Shown: positions 18,996 through 28,570 of the stretch, one piece after another | Layout of the letters: every line of letters starts with the position of its first letter | How positions within the stretch are numbered: the first letter of the stretch is position 1 | Source of the DNA: Synechococcus sp. | GTDB taxonomy: Bacteria; Cyanobacteriota; Cyanobacteriia; PCC-6307; Cyanobiaceae | Assembly: GCA_047285805.1 (NCBI GenBank) | Contig: JBJBCN010000002.1 | Span: forward strand, 187,798-251,797 | Length of the DNA stretch: 64,000 bases | Direction of reading: 5' to 3' | Program-made: the position numbers and the translations under genes | The notes under the pieces: generated by a model | What the model was told of the DNA's origin: nothing | Database searches by the model: none | The model's input: only the letters and a program-made list of their open reading frames with translations

Positions 18996-20195
18996 TTGGC
19001 ATTGGCGCGCTTCTCCGCTGTTCCCGTTGTATCTGAGGCCTCCGTGGCGGCAACGGAGGCGGGTGCCTTGGCGATCGAGCGCCTGCGCCAGTGGCCCGGC
19101 GAACACCGGGTGGCGGTCGGTCTCTCCGGTGGTGTCGATAGCTCCTTGACCGCGGCCCTCTTGGTGGAGGCCGGTTGGGAGGTGGAGGGTCTGACCCTCT
19201 GGTTGATGAGCGGCAAGGGGGCCTGCTGCGCCGAAGGTCTCGTCGACGCCGCCGGGGTCTGCGAGCAGCTCGAGGTGCCGCACCACGTGGTGGATTTCCG
19301 CGAGCACTTCAAGGAGCAGATCGTTGATTTCTTGGTGCAGGGGTACGAGGCCGGCGTCACACCGCTGCCTTGCTCCCGCTGCAACCGCGAAGTGAAGTTT
19401 GGGCCGATGCTCCAGTGGGCCAAAGAGGAGCGCGGCATTGAGCGGATCGCGACCGGCCACTACGCCCGGGTACGCCATGGGGACCAGAGCGAGAACGGCC
19501 GCCACCAGTTGCTGCGGGGCCTCGATCAACATAAAGACCAGAGCTATTTCCTCTATGACCTGCCCCAGCAGGCCTTGAGTCGTCTGGTCTTTCCCCTGGG
19601 GGAGCTGACCAAGCCCAACACACGCCTAGAGGCCGATCGCCACGGGCTGCGGACGGCGCAGAAGCCAGAAAGCCAGGACCTCTGCCTGGCGGATCACCAC
19701 GGCTCGATGAAGGCCTTCCTGGACGCCTACCTGCCGCCGCGCCCCGGGCAGATCGTGCTAGCCGATGGCCAGGTGGTGGGCGAGCACGACGGCATTGAGC
19801 ACTTCACGATTGGCCAGCGCAAGGGGCTGGGGGTGGCCTGGAGTGAGCCGCTGCATGTCGTGCGTCTGGATGGGGCGATGAACCAGGTGGTGGTGGCCCC
19901 CCGCCGGGATGCGGCTCGCGGCGACGCGGTAGTGGGGGCGGTGAATTGGGTTTCCATCGCGCCACCCACCGAGCCGCTCGAGGTGGAGGTGCAGGTGCGC
20001 TACCGCAGCTGCCCCCAGAAGGCCCGGCTGATTCCCCTGCCGGAAACCGAGGCCGATCGGGCGGCGGATCGCCCGCATCGCTGCCGCCTGAAGTTCGCCG
20101 AGGAGCAGTTCTCGATCACCCCGGGCCAGGCGGCGGTCTTCTACGCCGATGAGATGGTCCTGGGCGGCGGCTTAATTCAGCGCGATCACCAGTAG
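18996..20195 (+). CDS. mnmA: tRNA 2-thiouridine(34) synthase
   Basis: [43 protein letters not shown]; real start probably near 19044. Confidence 0.96.
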   Translation: MALARFSAVPVVSEASVAATEAGALAIERLRQWPGEHRVAVGLSGGVDSSLTAALLVEAGWEVEGLTLWLMSGKGACCAEGLVDAAGVCEQLEVPHHVVDFREHFKEQIVDFLVQGYEAGVTPLPCSRCNREVKFGPMLQWAKEERGIERIATGHYARVRHGDQSENGRHQLLRGLDQHKDQSYFLYDLPQQALSRLVFPLGELTKPNTRLEADRHGLRTAQKPESQDLCLADHHGSMKAFLDAYLPPRPGQIVLADGQVVGEHDGIEHFTIGQRKGLGVAWSEPLHVVRLDGAMNQVVVAPRRDAARGDAVVGAVNWVSIAPPTEPLEVEVQVRYRSCPQKARLIPLPETEADRAADRPHRCRLKFAEEQFSITPGQAAVFYADEMVLGGGLIQRDHQ

Positions 20196-20425
20196 GGGTC
20201 GCTGGAGAGTTCCACCTCGATCGCTCCGCTCTTGCTGGTGGGCACGGTGGCGATGCAGGCGCGCACGGTGTTGCCGTTGACCTCGATCTCGCAGGCGCCG
20301 CAACTTCCGCCGAGGCAGCCGGTGGGAATCGAGAAGCCAGCCTGCCGCGCGGCCTCCAGCCAGTCGGACCCCACGACCGCCTGGGTGCTGGAGCCGTTCG
20401 ACCATTGGATCTGTACCTGTTTCAT
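20186..20425 (-). CDS. 2Fe-2S ferredoxin-like protein
   Basis: [10 protein letters not shown]...RAC motif. Confidence 0.85.
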   Translation of the reverse strand: MKQVQIQWSNGSSTQAVVGSDWLEAARQAGFSIPTGCLGGSCGACEIEVNGNTVRACIATVPTSKSGAIEVELSSDPYW

Positions 20426-21879
20426 CGCAGCAGGGGCTCCAGGTTGACGTGCTGCTCGAAGGCATCGGCGAGGCGAGCGAGCAGGGCTTCCCGCTGACGG
20501 CTGTGGTGGGGTTGTCGTTCGCTGAGTAGTGGCAACCCTTTGCGCGCTCTGAGCTGGTTGAGCCAGCGCCGACGCCAAACGCCGCTCTCGAAGACCCCGT
20601 GCAGGTAGGTCCCAACAACGTTCCCCGCGACCCAGCCCAGGCCCGGTTCGGCGGCGAGGGCCGTGCAGGGCTCGAGTTCCGAGGTCGCCCCGCGGTGAAG
20701 CTCAAAGCCCTCTAGCAGGGCGGCCTCAGCAGCGTGTGGCCAGAGGGTCGGGCTGCTGCATTGGCGTAGGGCCTTGGCGTCTCCAAAGGTGGTGCGCAGT
20801 GGTAGCAGGTTGAGGCCGGCGTGGCTGGAGCCGGCACCACCTTCGAGGCCCTGTGGGTCGTGGAGTTCGCGCCCCAGCAGTTGCATGCCGCCGCAGATGC
20901 CCAGGACCGCTCCGCCCCGCTGGGCGTAAGCCGAGAGCTGCTCCCCCAGACCGCTGCTCTGCAGCGCGCCGAGGTCCCGCAGGGTTTGCTTACTGCCTGG
21001 CACCACCACCGCGTCGGGGCTGCCGAGGTCCTGGCCAGGGGCAATCCAGTTCAGCTGGATCGTGGGCTCGGCCTCGAGGGGATCGAGGTCGGAGAAGTTG
21101 CTCAGGGAGGGGAGCTTGAGCACGGTGATTTCGAGCTCGGCTTCGCGTTTGCGGCCGCGGCGCTCGAGCAGATCGAGGGAGTCCTCCGGCGGAAAGAGTT
21201 CATCAAGCCAGGGCATAACCCCGAGCACGGGGATGCCGGTGTTGGCCTCGAGCCAGCGGCGGCCCTCATCGAAGAGCTCGCGGCGACCGCGGAAGCGGTT
21301 GATCAGCAGGCCGCGGATCAGGGGGCGCTCCACGGGACGGAGCAGGGCCAGGGTCCCGACTAACTGGGCAAAGACGCCGCCCCGCTCGATGTCAGCCACG
21401 AGGATGCAGCGGGCCCGCAGGTACTGCGCCAGGCGGAGGTTGGTGAGGTCTCGGGATTGCAGGTTGACCTCGACAGGACTGCCGGCCCCTTCCAACACGA
21501 GCCGACCGCCGGGATGACTTGCCTGCAGATCGCCCAGGCCCTGGCGGATGGCGGCCCAGCCCGGCCGGAACCAATCGCGGTAATAGTTCTCGGCGCGGCA
21601 GCTGCCGACCGACTGCCCGAGGTGAATGACTTCACTGGTGCTGTCCCCTTGGGGTTTGAGCAGCACCGGGTTCATCGCGCAGGCGGGCTCAAGTCCCGCC
21701 GCCCATGACTGCAGCGCCTGGGAGTAGGCCATCTCGCCGCCGGCCTGGTCCACCCAGGCGTTGTTGCTCATGTTCTGCCCCTTGAAGGGCAGGGGCGTCT
21801 CACCCCGGCGCCGCAACACCCGGCAGATGGCGGCCGTCATCAGGGACTTGCCGGCACCGCTGCTGGTGCCGAGCACCAT
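20422..21879 (-). CDS. cobQ: Cobyric acid synthase
   Basis: [47 protein letters not shown]. Confidence 0.95.
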   Translation of the reverse strand: MVLGTSSGAGKSLMTAAICRVLRRRGETPLPFKGQNMSNNAWVDQAGGEMAYSQALQSWAAGLEPACAMNPVLLKPQGDSTSEVIHLGQSVGSCRAENYYRDWFRPGWAAIRQGLGDLQASHPGGRLVLEGAGSPVEVNLQSRDLTNLRLAQYLRARCILVADIERGGVFAQLVGTLALLRPVERPLIRGLLINRFRGRRELFDEGRRWLEANTGIPVLGVMPWLDELFPPEDSLDLLERRGRKREAELEITVLKLPSLSNFSDLDPLEAEPTIQLNWIAPGQDLGSPDAVVVPGSKQTLRDLGALQSSGLGEQLSAYAQRGGAVLGICGGMQLLGRELHDPQGLEGGAGSSHAGLNLLPLRTTFGDAKALRQCSSPTLWPHAAEAALLEGFELHRGATSELEPCTALAAEPGLGWVAGNVVGTYLHGVFESGVWRRRWLNQLRARKGLPLLSERQPHHSRQREALLARLADAFEQHVNLEPLLR

Positions 21880-21896
21880 CAAGGGGTTGGGGTTGC

Positions 21897-22274
21897 TCAA
21901 AGCCTCGGCCAGTGCTGCTTGACCCAGTGGCGCAGGCGGGAGGGGAGGCTGGCGCGGGGGATCTCCCCGGACCACTCCGAGAGGACGACTCGGCCCAGGG
22001 GTGTGAGGCGGACCCGTTCGGTCAGGCCCTGGCCATCGACCTCACGGCGGAGCACGCCGAGCTGGATGAGCCAGATGAGCAGGTCTTCGCAGTGGTTGGT
22101 GGAGAGGCGCTTTTGGCTGAGAACCGACCAATCCGCGCGGGCGGCGAGCTGGGTGCTGCTGAGGGCCTCCTGCTCGAGTTCCTCGTAAAAGCGGCGCAGA
22201 AGGGGGAGGCAGCGCACGGCCCGCTTAGCCCGGACCAAGGCCCGTTGCTCCTGCTGGCTAAGGCGGGGCTGCAT
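21897..22274 (-). CDS. Conserved cyanobacterial protein (Npun_F0494-like)
   Basis: [27 protein letters not shown] motif. Confidence 0.75.
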   Translation of the reverse strand: MQPRLSQQEQRALVRAKRAVRCLPLLRRFYEELEQEALSSTQLAARADWSVLSQKRLSTNHCEDLLIWLIQLGVLRREVDGQGLTERVRLTPLGRVVLSEWSGEIPRASLPSRLRHWVKQHWPRL

Positions 22275-22367
22275 CAACAGGTGCGCTGGGATTTGATCAT
22301 TCTGGTCATCGGCCGGGCCGGGCAGCCGCGCACCGTTGCCAGAGTGGTCCCAGCTCAAGGACTAGCT

Positions 22368-22928
22368 GTGCTGCTGTTGGCCTCTGCCTCCCCCGCCCGC
22401 CGGCGATTGCTGGAGCAGGCCGCGATTCCGCACCGCGTGCAGGTCAGCGGGGTCGATGAGGAGGTCATCCACAACCTCGACCCGGCGCAGTTGGTGCAGC
22501 TCTTGGCCCAGGCCAAGGCGGGCGCGGTGCTTCAGGGCGGGATCTCTGCTGAGATTTCAGCGGTTCTGGGCTGCGATTCGGTACTGGCCTTTGAGGGGGA
22601 GGTCTTTGGTAAACCGGATGGTCCGCAGGAAGCTATCGCCCGCTGGCAGCGGATGCGAGGGGCCTGGGGTGAGCTCCACACCGGCCACGCCTTGCTTAAT
22701 CCAGCCGGGGGAGAGCGGCTGACAACGGTGACCACGCGCGTCCTCTTTGCTGAGCTGAGCGACGCCGAAATCGAGGCCTATGTGGCCACCGGTGAACCGC
22801 TGCAGTGCGCCGGTGGTTTTGCCCTTGAGGGCCGCGGCGGCAGCCTGGTGGAGCGCCTCGATGGGTGTTTCTCCAACGTCATTGGTCTGAGCCTGCCCCT
22901 GCTGAGGCAGTGGTTGTGGGCGGCCTGA
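22368..22928 (+). CDS. maf: Maf family nucleoside triphosphate pyrophosphatase
   Basis: [38 protein letters not shown]. Confidence 0.92.
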   Translation: MLLLASASPARRRLLEQAAIPHRVQVSGVDEEVIHNLDPAQLVQLLAQAKAGAVLQGGISAEISAVLGCDSVLAFEGEVFGKPDGPQEAIARWQRMRGAWGELHTGHALLNPAGGERLTTVTTRVLFAELSDAEIEAYVATGEPLQCAGGFALEGRGGSLVERLDGCFSNVIGLSLPLLRQWLWAA

Positions 22929-22990
22929 AGCCTTGCCGAAACCCACTGTTGCCATTTTTCTTTCGCCGTAACTATCGCGAAGACAAGGCC

Positions 22991-23266
22991 CTCCTTACAC
23001 CCCAGGCCATTAAGACCTTCGCGCTTGCAGCTGCATACAGCCTCCTCGTTGGTAGCGCGCTGATGCTGAATGCCAACGCGATGGTGCCGATCCAGCTCTC
23101 GATGGCTCTGCCGACCGCTGACCACGGACTCCTGGATGAGTAGGCCTCCATGGAGGACGCCTCGGCCCGTTACAGCCTGGAAGTGGCTGATCATGAGTCT
23201 CTGCCCCTGGAGTTCAAGAAGCCCTCGGGTCCCAAGGGCTACAACCTCCTCAACCTGAGCTTCTGA
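22991..23266 (+). pseudogene. Small hypothetical gene interrupted by an in-frame TAG
   Basis: Frame reads ...AAAYSLLVGSALMLN...LLDE*ASMEDASARYSLEV...GYNLLNLSF*; TAG at 23141-23143; no clear start. Confidence 0.45.
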
Positions 23267-23328
23267 GGCGCTCAGGGATGGCAGTTCGCTCAGACCCCAG
23301 CAGAATTAAGGGATCTTCCCCTCGGCTG

Positions 23329-23745
23329 ATGGCTCGACGTTTAAGCCTCAGCTTGGCTCTGCTCGCCGCGGCGTCCCTGGCCTCGGGGACAGCCTATGCT
23401 GAGAGCCAGCCCTGCGCAAACGCCAACAGCACCGTTGAGATGTCGCTCTGCATCGCCAAGGTGCTTGAGCAGAAGGACCGTGAGCTTGCGATTGCCATGC
23501 AGAAGGTCGCGGCCGAGGTCTCAGAGATGCCAGGCGGTCAGTTCCATACCCTTTGGAAGGACAATCTGACCGGCTTTTTCAAGACGAGCGCTGATCACGA
23601 GGATCAACTGGCGGCCTTTCAGCAGGCCCGCCGCAACGCCTGCGTTTTTATAAACTCGATCGCGTTCCAAAGCACGGGATTCGGCATCTTCGTCAGTAAA
23701 TGCGAGATTCGCATGACGGATGCCTTGATGCAGTCGCAGAACTAA
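23329..23745 (+). CDS. Lysozyme inhibitor LprI (DUF1311)-like exported protein
   Basis: Signal peptide, C..A.STVEM..C..., QQA..AR...C, C-terminal C. Confidence 0.6.
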   Translation: MARRLSLSLALLAAASLASGTAYAESQPCANANSTVEMSLCIAKVLEQKDRELAIAMQKVAAEVSEMPGGQFHTLWKDNLTGFFKTSADHEDQLAAFQQARRNACVFINSIAFQSTGFGIFVSKCEIRMTDALMQSQN

Positions 23746-23749
23746 CGGT

Positions 23750-24340
23750 TCTTCGGCTCCTTGTCGAGGGCATTCATGCCCAAGAGCAGCTGCACATCTG
23801 TGGCTCATCGTGCTGAGATACTGCACTCTTTCGGGGTGCTCAGCACGAGCGAAGCGTTTCTACGAGGACCTGATTGGCCTAATCGGATGTCGCCTCGGCA
23901 GTGGTTCAGGTTGCAGTTACCTGTTTCAAGGTTTCGCGCAGTGAGGGCGCGGTTGCTTTGGTCTCCTCTTGATTGTTGAGCCCCAGATCGTGCATGCCTG
24001 AAACGGCCTTGCGGACCTCTGCGAGTGTGTCGGGAACATCCTCGGCGATTATTTCGTCGTGTTGTTCAAGGTGGCCTGCAGGGCCTTCTGCGTTTGATCC
24101 AGATCCACCATCAAGCTGCTGATAGCCGGCGGCTGCTCGTAGGACATCGCCATCAGTGAGGCCATGAGTGGTACCACCAACTGCAGTACCAGCAGGGTGA
24201 GTAGTTCCAGGCTGGAGCGGCTGTTTTTCCCTAGCGGACCAGCACTGAGTTCAACCAGCCCAGCCTCGACCACCATTCCTGAGAGCAGGACGGGGCTGCC
24301 GAAGCGTTGACCGTTGCGTTCGGCGGTGTTCCAGTACCCG
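23750..24340 (-). pseudogene. MlaD/MCE-family remnant
   Basis: GSPVLLSGMVV, SYEQPPAISSL..DLDQTQ, then coiled-coil frames broken by stops (AEDVPDTLAEVRKAV...). Confidence 0.45.
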
Positions 24341-24469
24341 CCAGATCCGATCGCGACTGACCAGGCTTTGCACCGGAGATGGTGAATGGCTCCATCCAGG
24401 TTGCTGCCGCCGTGAACACCGTCTACCGCTGCATCCTCACCTGATAAACAGTGCCACAAAGCACCAACA

Positions 24470-24842
24470 CTTAACTCGGATCAACCAGAACGTATTTGAC
24501 AAATCGCAAGACGGCCTTGGCGGCCTCTTGGGCATTTCGGAGTTGTTCGAATCGAAGCAATCGATGTGTTCCTCCTCGTCTCTTTGATAGCGGGTTTTGC
24601 TATTCATCCGACTCAACGCTTTGAGGTGCAGCGCCTCAAACGCGGTTGTATCGCCCCCCTGATCACGAATGGTTCTAGCGGGGCAGTGTCCCCATGGAAA
24701 TCAGCAGCCCCTTGAGGGCTTTCTCGGCGGCTTGGCCGTAGTGCTCGCACGCCTGGCTGTAAAAATGCTTGGCCTGGGTAGACGCTTCAACGGCAAAGTC
24801 GCTCTGGGCTTGTCGCATCCAGGTATTTCGTCGCTGGCTCAT
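24470..24842 (-). pseudogene. HEPN-domain toxin pseudogene
   Basis: WMRQAQSD...GQAAEKALKG then stops; LHLKALSRMNS.TRY and AAKAVLRFV follow in shifted frames. Confidence 0.7.
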
Positions 24843-25172
24843 GCTTCCGCTACGCAGAGGGTTCCTCTGGCGATAGCCCTCCCGTAAGGGGCATCTGTTC
24901 TCGCCAGTTGCAGCCAGTCCACTGCGTAGTGCGCCATAGGGTTGGCCAAGACAGCCTCTGCAAGGTGATCGGCTGTTGCTTGATACTTTTCCCGCCAAGA
25001 CGTCCACGGGGTCTCAGTCCCCTTGCGCTAGTCGATCCGAACAGCTAATTCTCCGCGCCGTGATACTGCTCAGAGCAGAGGCGGTTGATGCTTGAAGTTG
25101 ACCGAGCTGTTCTGCTCGTTTTCGTTCGCGGATCAGCGCGACGCTGGCGGACTTGGCGGCTGGACCGACCAT
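24839..25172 (-). pseudogene. Minimal nucleotidyltransferase (MNT) antitoxin pseudogene
   Basis: Frameshifted LFGS / LAQGD*D..DV motif; final TGA overlaps the HEPN ATG (ATGA). Confidence 0.6.
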
Positions 25173-25292
25173 GGGACACGGATATGGATGGGGACAGGCT
25201 TTTGCCTAAGGACGCTTACTGAGATGAATCCGTTGAAGTCAGATATGACGACCAGACGCTCAGACTGACGCTTGGTGCTCTGCGCCCCCCCT

Positions 25293-25640
25293 ATGCCGAT
25301 TCCTATGACGGTCTCTGCCCTGCGTCGGTTGCTGCTCGCCGTGGTGTTGCTGCTGGGTTTGAGCCTGCCGCAGCCAGCCTGGGCGGATGGTGACCAGCTG
25401 TTTGAGCTGCACTGCGCGGGGTGCCATCTCAATGGAGGCAACATCATTCGCCGCGGAAAAACCTTGAAACTGGCGGCTTTGGAACGTCAGGGTGTGGCCT
25501 CCAAGGAGGCCATTGCGGCGATCGCGGCCCAGGGCCAGGGGCAGATGAGTGGCTATGCGGAGATCCTGGGGGAGGACGGTGTCCAGCAGGTGGCCGAGTG
25601 GGTCTGGCAGCAGAGCCAGGACGGTTGGCCGAGGTCATGA
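25293..25640 (+). CDS. Cytochrome c6-like protein
   Basis: Signal peptide, CAGCH heme motif, GGNII...KTL, G.GQMSGY. Confidence 0.88.
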   Translation: MPIPMTVSALRRLLLAVVLLLGLSLPQPAWADGDQLFELHCAGCHLNGGNIIRRGKTLKLAALERQGVASKEAIAAIAAQGQGQMSGYAEILGEDGVQQVAEWVWQQSQDGWPRS

Positions 25641-25641
25641 C

Positions 25642-25908
25642 CTAGAAGGCCTGTATCCAGGGGTAGACCTCGAGTGCCGTCCAGATCCCCTTGCGCCAGT
25701 AGACGTCGTTGCAGAGCAGCTCTTCCACCTGCTGCTTGGACTCAGCCTCGTAGATCCCGAAGACGTGGCTGCTGGTCTCGGTGGGCCCTAGGGTGATCAG
25801 CACGCCGGCGTCCTTTTGCTGTTGCAGACCGGCGAGGTGCTCTTCTCGGTAGGGGGTGCGCTTCTCGAGCGCGTTCTCGCAGTATGTCCCCCAGAGAACA
25901 AAGCGCAC
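25642..25908 (-). CDS. YciI family protein
   Basis: KR.PYREEHL, LGPT, DVYW..GIW. Confidence 0.85.
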   Translation of the reverse strand: MRFVLWGTYCENALEKRTPYREEHLAGLQQQKDAGVLITLGPTETSSHVFGIYEAESKQQVEELLCNDVYWRKGIWTALEVYPWIQAF

Positions 25909-25933
25909 GGATCAGCTGGCGTGTGCGAGCAAG

Positions 25934-26227
25934 TTACAGCCAGCCACCGGCGAAGATCGGCTGGAGGATCTTGGCGGGAAGCAGCACGGGCAGGTTGCTC
26001 GGCTCTGCGCCGGCCTTGTCGCTCCAGCGCACCTTGCAGCGGAAGGTCCCGTTCTTGACCTTGAGGACGTATTGCTGCGGGACGGCCTGCTCGGGCATCA
26101 GGTATTGAGCCTGGTTGCAGGCGTCCACCTCGGAGATATTGGAGGTGTAATCACTCCAGCCGGCCTGGGTGGCGGTGGGGGCGAGGAGCAAGGCCGCGCC
26201 GAGGAGGATCCGGGTGCGCAGCGCCAT
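25934..26227 (-). CDS. Small exported hypothetical protein
   Basis: Signal-peptide-like MALRTRILLGAALLLAPTATQA; two Cys. Confidence 0.6.
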   Translation of the reverse strand: MALRTRILLGAALLLAPTATQAGWSDYTSNISEVDACNQAQYLMPEQAVPQQYVLKVKNGTFRCKVRWSDKAGAEPSNLPVLLPAKILQPIFAGGWL

Positions 26228-26268
26228 GGGCAATCGTCCCCAGCGGGATTGAACTCCAGAGATTCTGC

Positions 26269-27081
26269 CTAGTGATCGAGGGCTTGGCGCAGTTGGCCGC
26301 AGAACTGACCGGCCGCCGCGGCTATGTCCCCCTGTTGGCTGTGGCTCTCGGCCATGACTTTGACCAGGGCGCTGCCGACGATGGCGCCATCGGCGCCCCA
26401 ATCGCGGACCTGGCGGGCCTGCTCGGGGCTGGAGATGCCAAAGCCAACGGCCACCGGAGTTGGCCCCATTCCTTTGAGCTGCTGCACCAGCGTGGCCACG
26501 CGGTTTTCCAGGGTGGTGCGGACGCCGGTGACGCCGGTGACGCTGACCAGATAGGTGAAGCCGCGGCTGACCTGGGCGATCCGGCCCATGCGATCGCTGG
26601 GCGTGGTGGGAGCCACCAGCAGCACAAGATCCAGTCCAGCGGCTTCGGCGATGGCCGAGAGTTTTTCGGCTTCCTCGAGGGGCAGGTCGGGCACCACGAG
26701 ACTGGCGGCCCCGGCGGCGGCGGCATCCCGGCAGAAGTTCTCCATCCCGCGGTTCAGCAGCGGGTTGCTGTAGGTGAAGAGGATTACCGGAATCAAGAGC
26801 TCGCCCTTCAGGCTCTGCAGCATCTCGAGGACGCGACCCGGGGTGGTCCCGGAGCCGAGCGCGCGGCTGGCGGCGGCCTGAATGACAGGCCCGTCAGCGA
26901 GGGGATCGCTGTAGGGAATGCCCAGCTCGATCATGTCTGCACCGGCGGCCTCCAGGGCAAGGAGGGTCGAGCGGGTTTGGGTCAGATCGGGGTCGCCGGC
27001 CATCAGGAATGGCATCAAGGCGCAGCGCCCTTCCGACTGAAGCTTCTGAAACCGCTGCTGGATAGGAGTGCTGGTGGTCAC
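26269..27081 (-). CDS. trpA: Tryptophan synthase alpha subunit
   Basis: [47 protein letters not shown]. Confidence 0.97.
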   Translation of the reverse strand: MTTSTPIQQRFQKLQSEGRCALMPFLMAGDPDLTQTRSTLLALEAAGADMIELGIPYSDPLADGPVIQAAASRALGSGTTPGRVLEMLQSLKGELLIPVILFTYSNPLLNRGMENFCRDAAAAGAASLVVPDLPLEEAEKLSAIAEAAGLDLVLLVAPTTPSDRMGRIAQVSRGFTYLVSVTGVTGVRTTLENRVATLVQQLKGMGPTPVAVGFGISSPEQARQVRDWGADGAIVGSALVKVMAESHSQQGDIAAAAGQFCGQLRQALDH

Positions 27082-27114
27082 GGCAGCGTGAGATCTGCAG
27101 CTGAGCCTATGGCC

Positions 27115-27453
27115 TCAGCCTTTACTCTCCTGGGCGAGCTCCTTCATGAGCTTTTCTTGCTCTTCGGTGCTGAGGGCGTCAAAACGCTTCAGCAGCTCTT
27201 CGTCAGTGGCCGCGTCATAACCCGAGCGGTAGCGCCGGCGCTGCTCCATATAGGTCATGTTTCCGGTCACGACCCGGAACAAATACGACCCCGTCCAGAC
27301 CAGGACGATGACCACCAAGAGCGCTTGGGCGGCGATGCCAGCACTGAAGCCTTCGAAACCGGCCGCCTGGAAGCCCCAGTAGCCGATTCCGCCGATGCCA
27401 AAGATGGCCAAGCCGGCCAGGAGGGCCTTGCCCCGCGTGATCCCCGATCCCAT
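27115..27453 (-). CDS. DUF3007 family membrane protein
   Basis: TRGKALL, WTGSYLFRVV.G.MTYMEQRRRYR; located behind ndhL. Confidence 0.8.
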   Translation of the reverse strand: MGSGITRGKALLAGLAIFGIGGIGYWGFQAAGFEGFSAGIAAQALLVVIVLVWTGSYLFRVVTGNMTYMEQRRRYRSGYDAATDEELLKRFDALSTEEQEKLMKELAQESKG

Positions 27454-27704
27454 TACTGGTTGCCCTGGCCCTGCAGACGCAGATTCACGAAGGGAGCGAA
27501 GACGATCAGTCCAGGGAAGAAGAGGAAGACCAGCCCGTAGACCACGGTGCGCTCGATCTTGCCCATGAGGGTCCAGCGCTTGGTCATCCAAGCCATAAGG
27601 GCCAGGGGCACCGCCACTAAGTAGGCCCCGGCCAGGGCCCCATAGGCGGCCAGCACCAGCAGGGTCTCATTTGTGAGGGAGCTGAGGAACCCGGGCAGTG
27701 GCAC
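27453..27704 (-). CDS. ndhL: NDH-1 subunit L
   Basis: Y..L.GAYL..VP..L..W...[18 protein letters not shown]. Confidence 0.9.
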   Translation of the reverse strand: MPLPGFLSSLTNETLLVLAAYGALAGAYLVAVPLALMAWMTKRWTLMGKIERTVVYGLVFLFFPGLIVFAPFVNLRLQGQGNQ

Positions 27705-27747
27705 GGCGATGGTGCGATGTCACAACGAATCTAAGATGGTTGGCGCC

Positions 27748-27831
27748 GGGACCATGGCGGAATTGGTAGACGCAGCGGACTTAAAATCCGCAGACGGCAA
27801 CGTTGTGAGGGTTCAAGTCCCTCTGGTCCCA
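27748..27831 (+). tRNA. trnL: tRNA-Leu (anticodon TAA), intronless
   Basis: Acceptor gggacca/tggtccc+a, D arm ggcggaattggtagacgc, anticodon arm gcgga-ctTAAaa-tccgc, long variable arm, T loop gttcaag. Confidence 0.95.
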
Positions 27832-27832
27832 C

Positions 27833-28570
27833 TCAACGGGCTTCGCCGTTCATCCAGCTGATCCAGTCCGCTGAGATCTCTTTTGGGCAGACGGCTTCGC
27901 ACTCGAGGTTGCTGCTGCAACGGCCAAACCCCTCGGCCTCCATCGCTGCCTGCATGGCCAGAGCCCTAGAACGCCGTTCCGGTTGCCCTTGCGGCAGTTG
28001 ACCCAAGTGCGCGAGCTTGGCGGCCGTGAAGAGGCTCGCTGAAGCATTGCGGCAGCTAGCGACGCAGGCCCCGCAGCCGATGCACATGGCGGTTTCAAAG
28101 GCTGCAAGGGCCTGGTCTTGCCCGATCAACATCGCGTTGCCACTCGTAGCCTGGCCGGTGTTGACCGAGCAGTAGCCCCCGGCGGCGATGATCCGATCGA
28201 AAGCCGAGCGCTCCACTCCGAGGTCTTGGATGAGGGGGAAAGCCGCTGCGCGCCACGGCTCCAACGTCACCGTCTCTCCGTTCTGGAACTGCCGGACATA
28301 GAGCTGACAGACGGTCGTCGCTCTTTGAGAGCCATGGGCCTGACCATTGACAAGAAAACCGCAACTGCCGCAGATCCCCTCTCTGCAGTCGTGCTCGAAA
28401 TAGATCGGCCTCTCGCCGCGGCGGATCAGCTGATCGTTAAGCTTATCCAATACCTCAAGTAGTGAAAGATCCGGACTGAGTCCTTGGACGGGGTAGGAGC
28501 AAAAGGCGCCCCTGGTTTGACCGTTCTCTTGTCGCCAGACCCGCAGCGTGAGGGAGAGAGTTGTGGTCAT
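27833..28570 (-). CDS. sdhB: Succinate dehydrogenase/fumarate reductase Fe-S subunit
   Basis: CREGICGSC, CIGCGACVASC, C.....CEAVCP. Confidence 0.93.
   Translation of the reverse strand: MTTTLSLTLRVWRQENGQTRGAFCSYPVQGLSPDLSLLEVLDKLNDQLIRRGERPIYFEHDCREGICGSCGFLVNGQAHGSQRATTVCQLYVRQFQNGETVTLEPWRAAAFPLIQDLGVERSAFDRIIAAGGYCSVNTGQATSGNAMLIGQDQALAAFETAMCIGCGACVASCRNASASLFTAAKLAHLGQLPQGQPERRSRALAMQAAMEAEGFGRCSSNLECEAVCPKEISADWISWMNGEAR

Noticed and set aside
17357-19438. 693-aa ORF as a long Nnr fusion
   Set aside because: The extra N-terminus is antisense to mnmA and low-information; the real gene starts near 18949.
26272-27540. 422-aa plus-strand ORF; similar long ORFs at 12257-13354 and 61712-63226
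   Set aside because: Antisense shadows of high-GC genes with no family motifs.
27748-27831. Group I intron or att duplication at tRNA-Leu(TAA)
   Set aside because: The anticodon loop is uninterrupted and I saw no repeat of the 3' end in the window.
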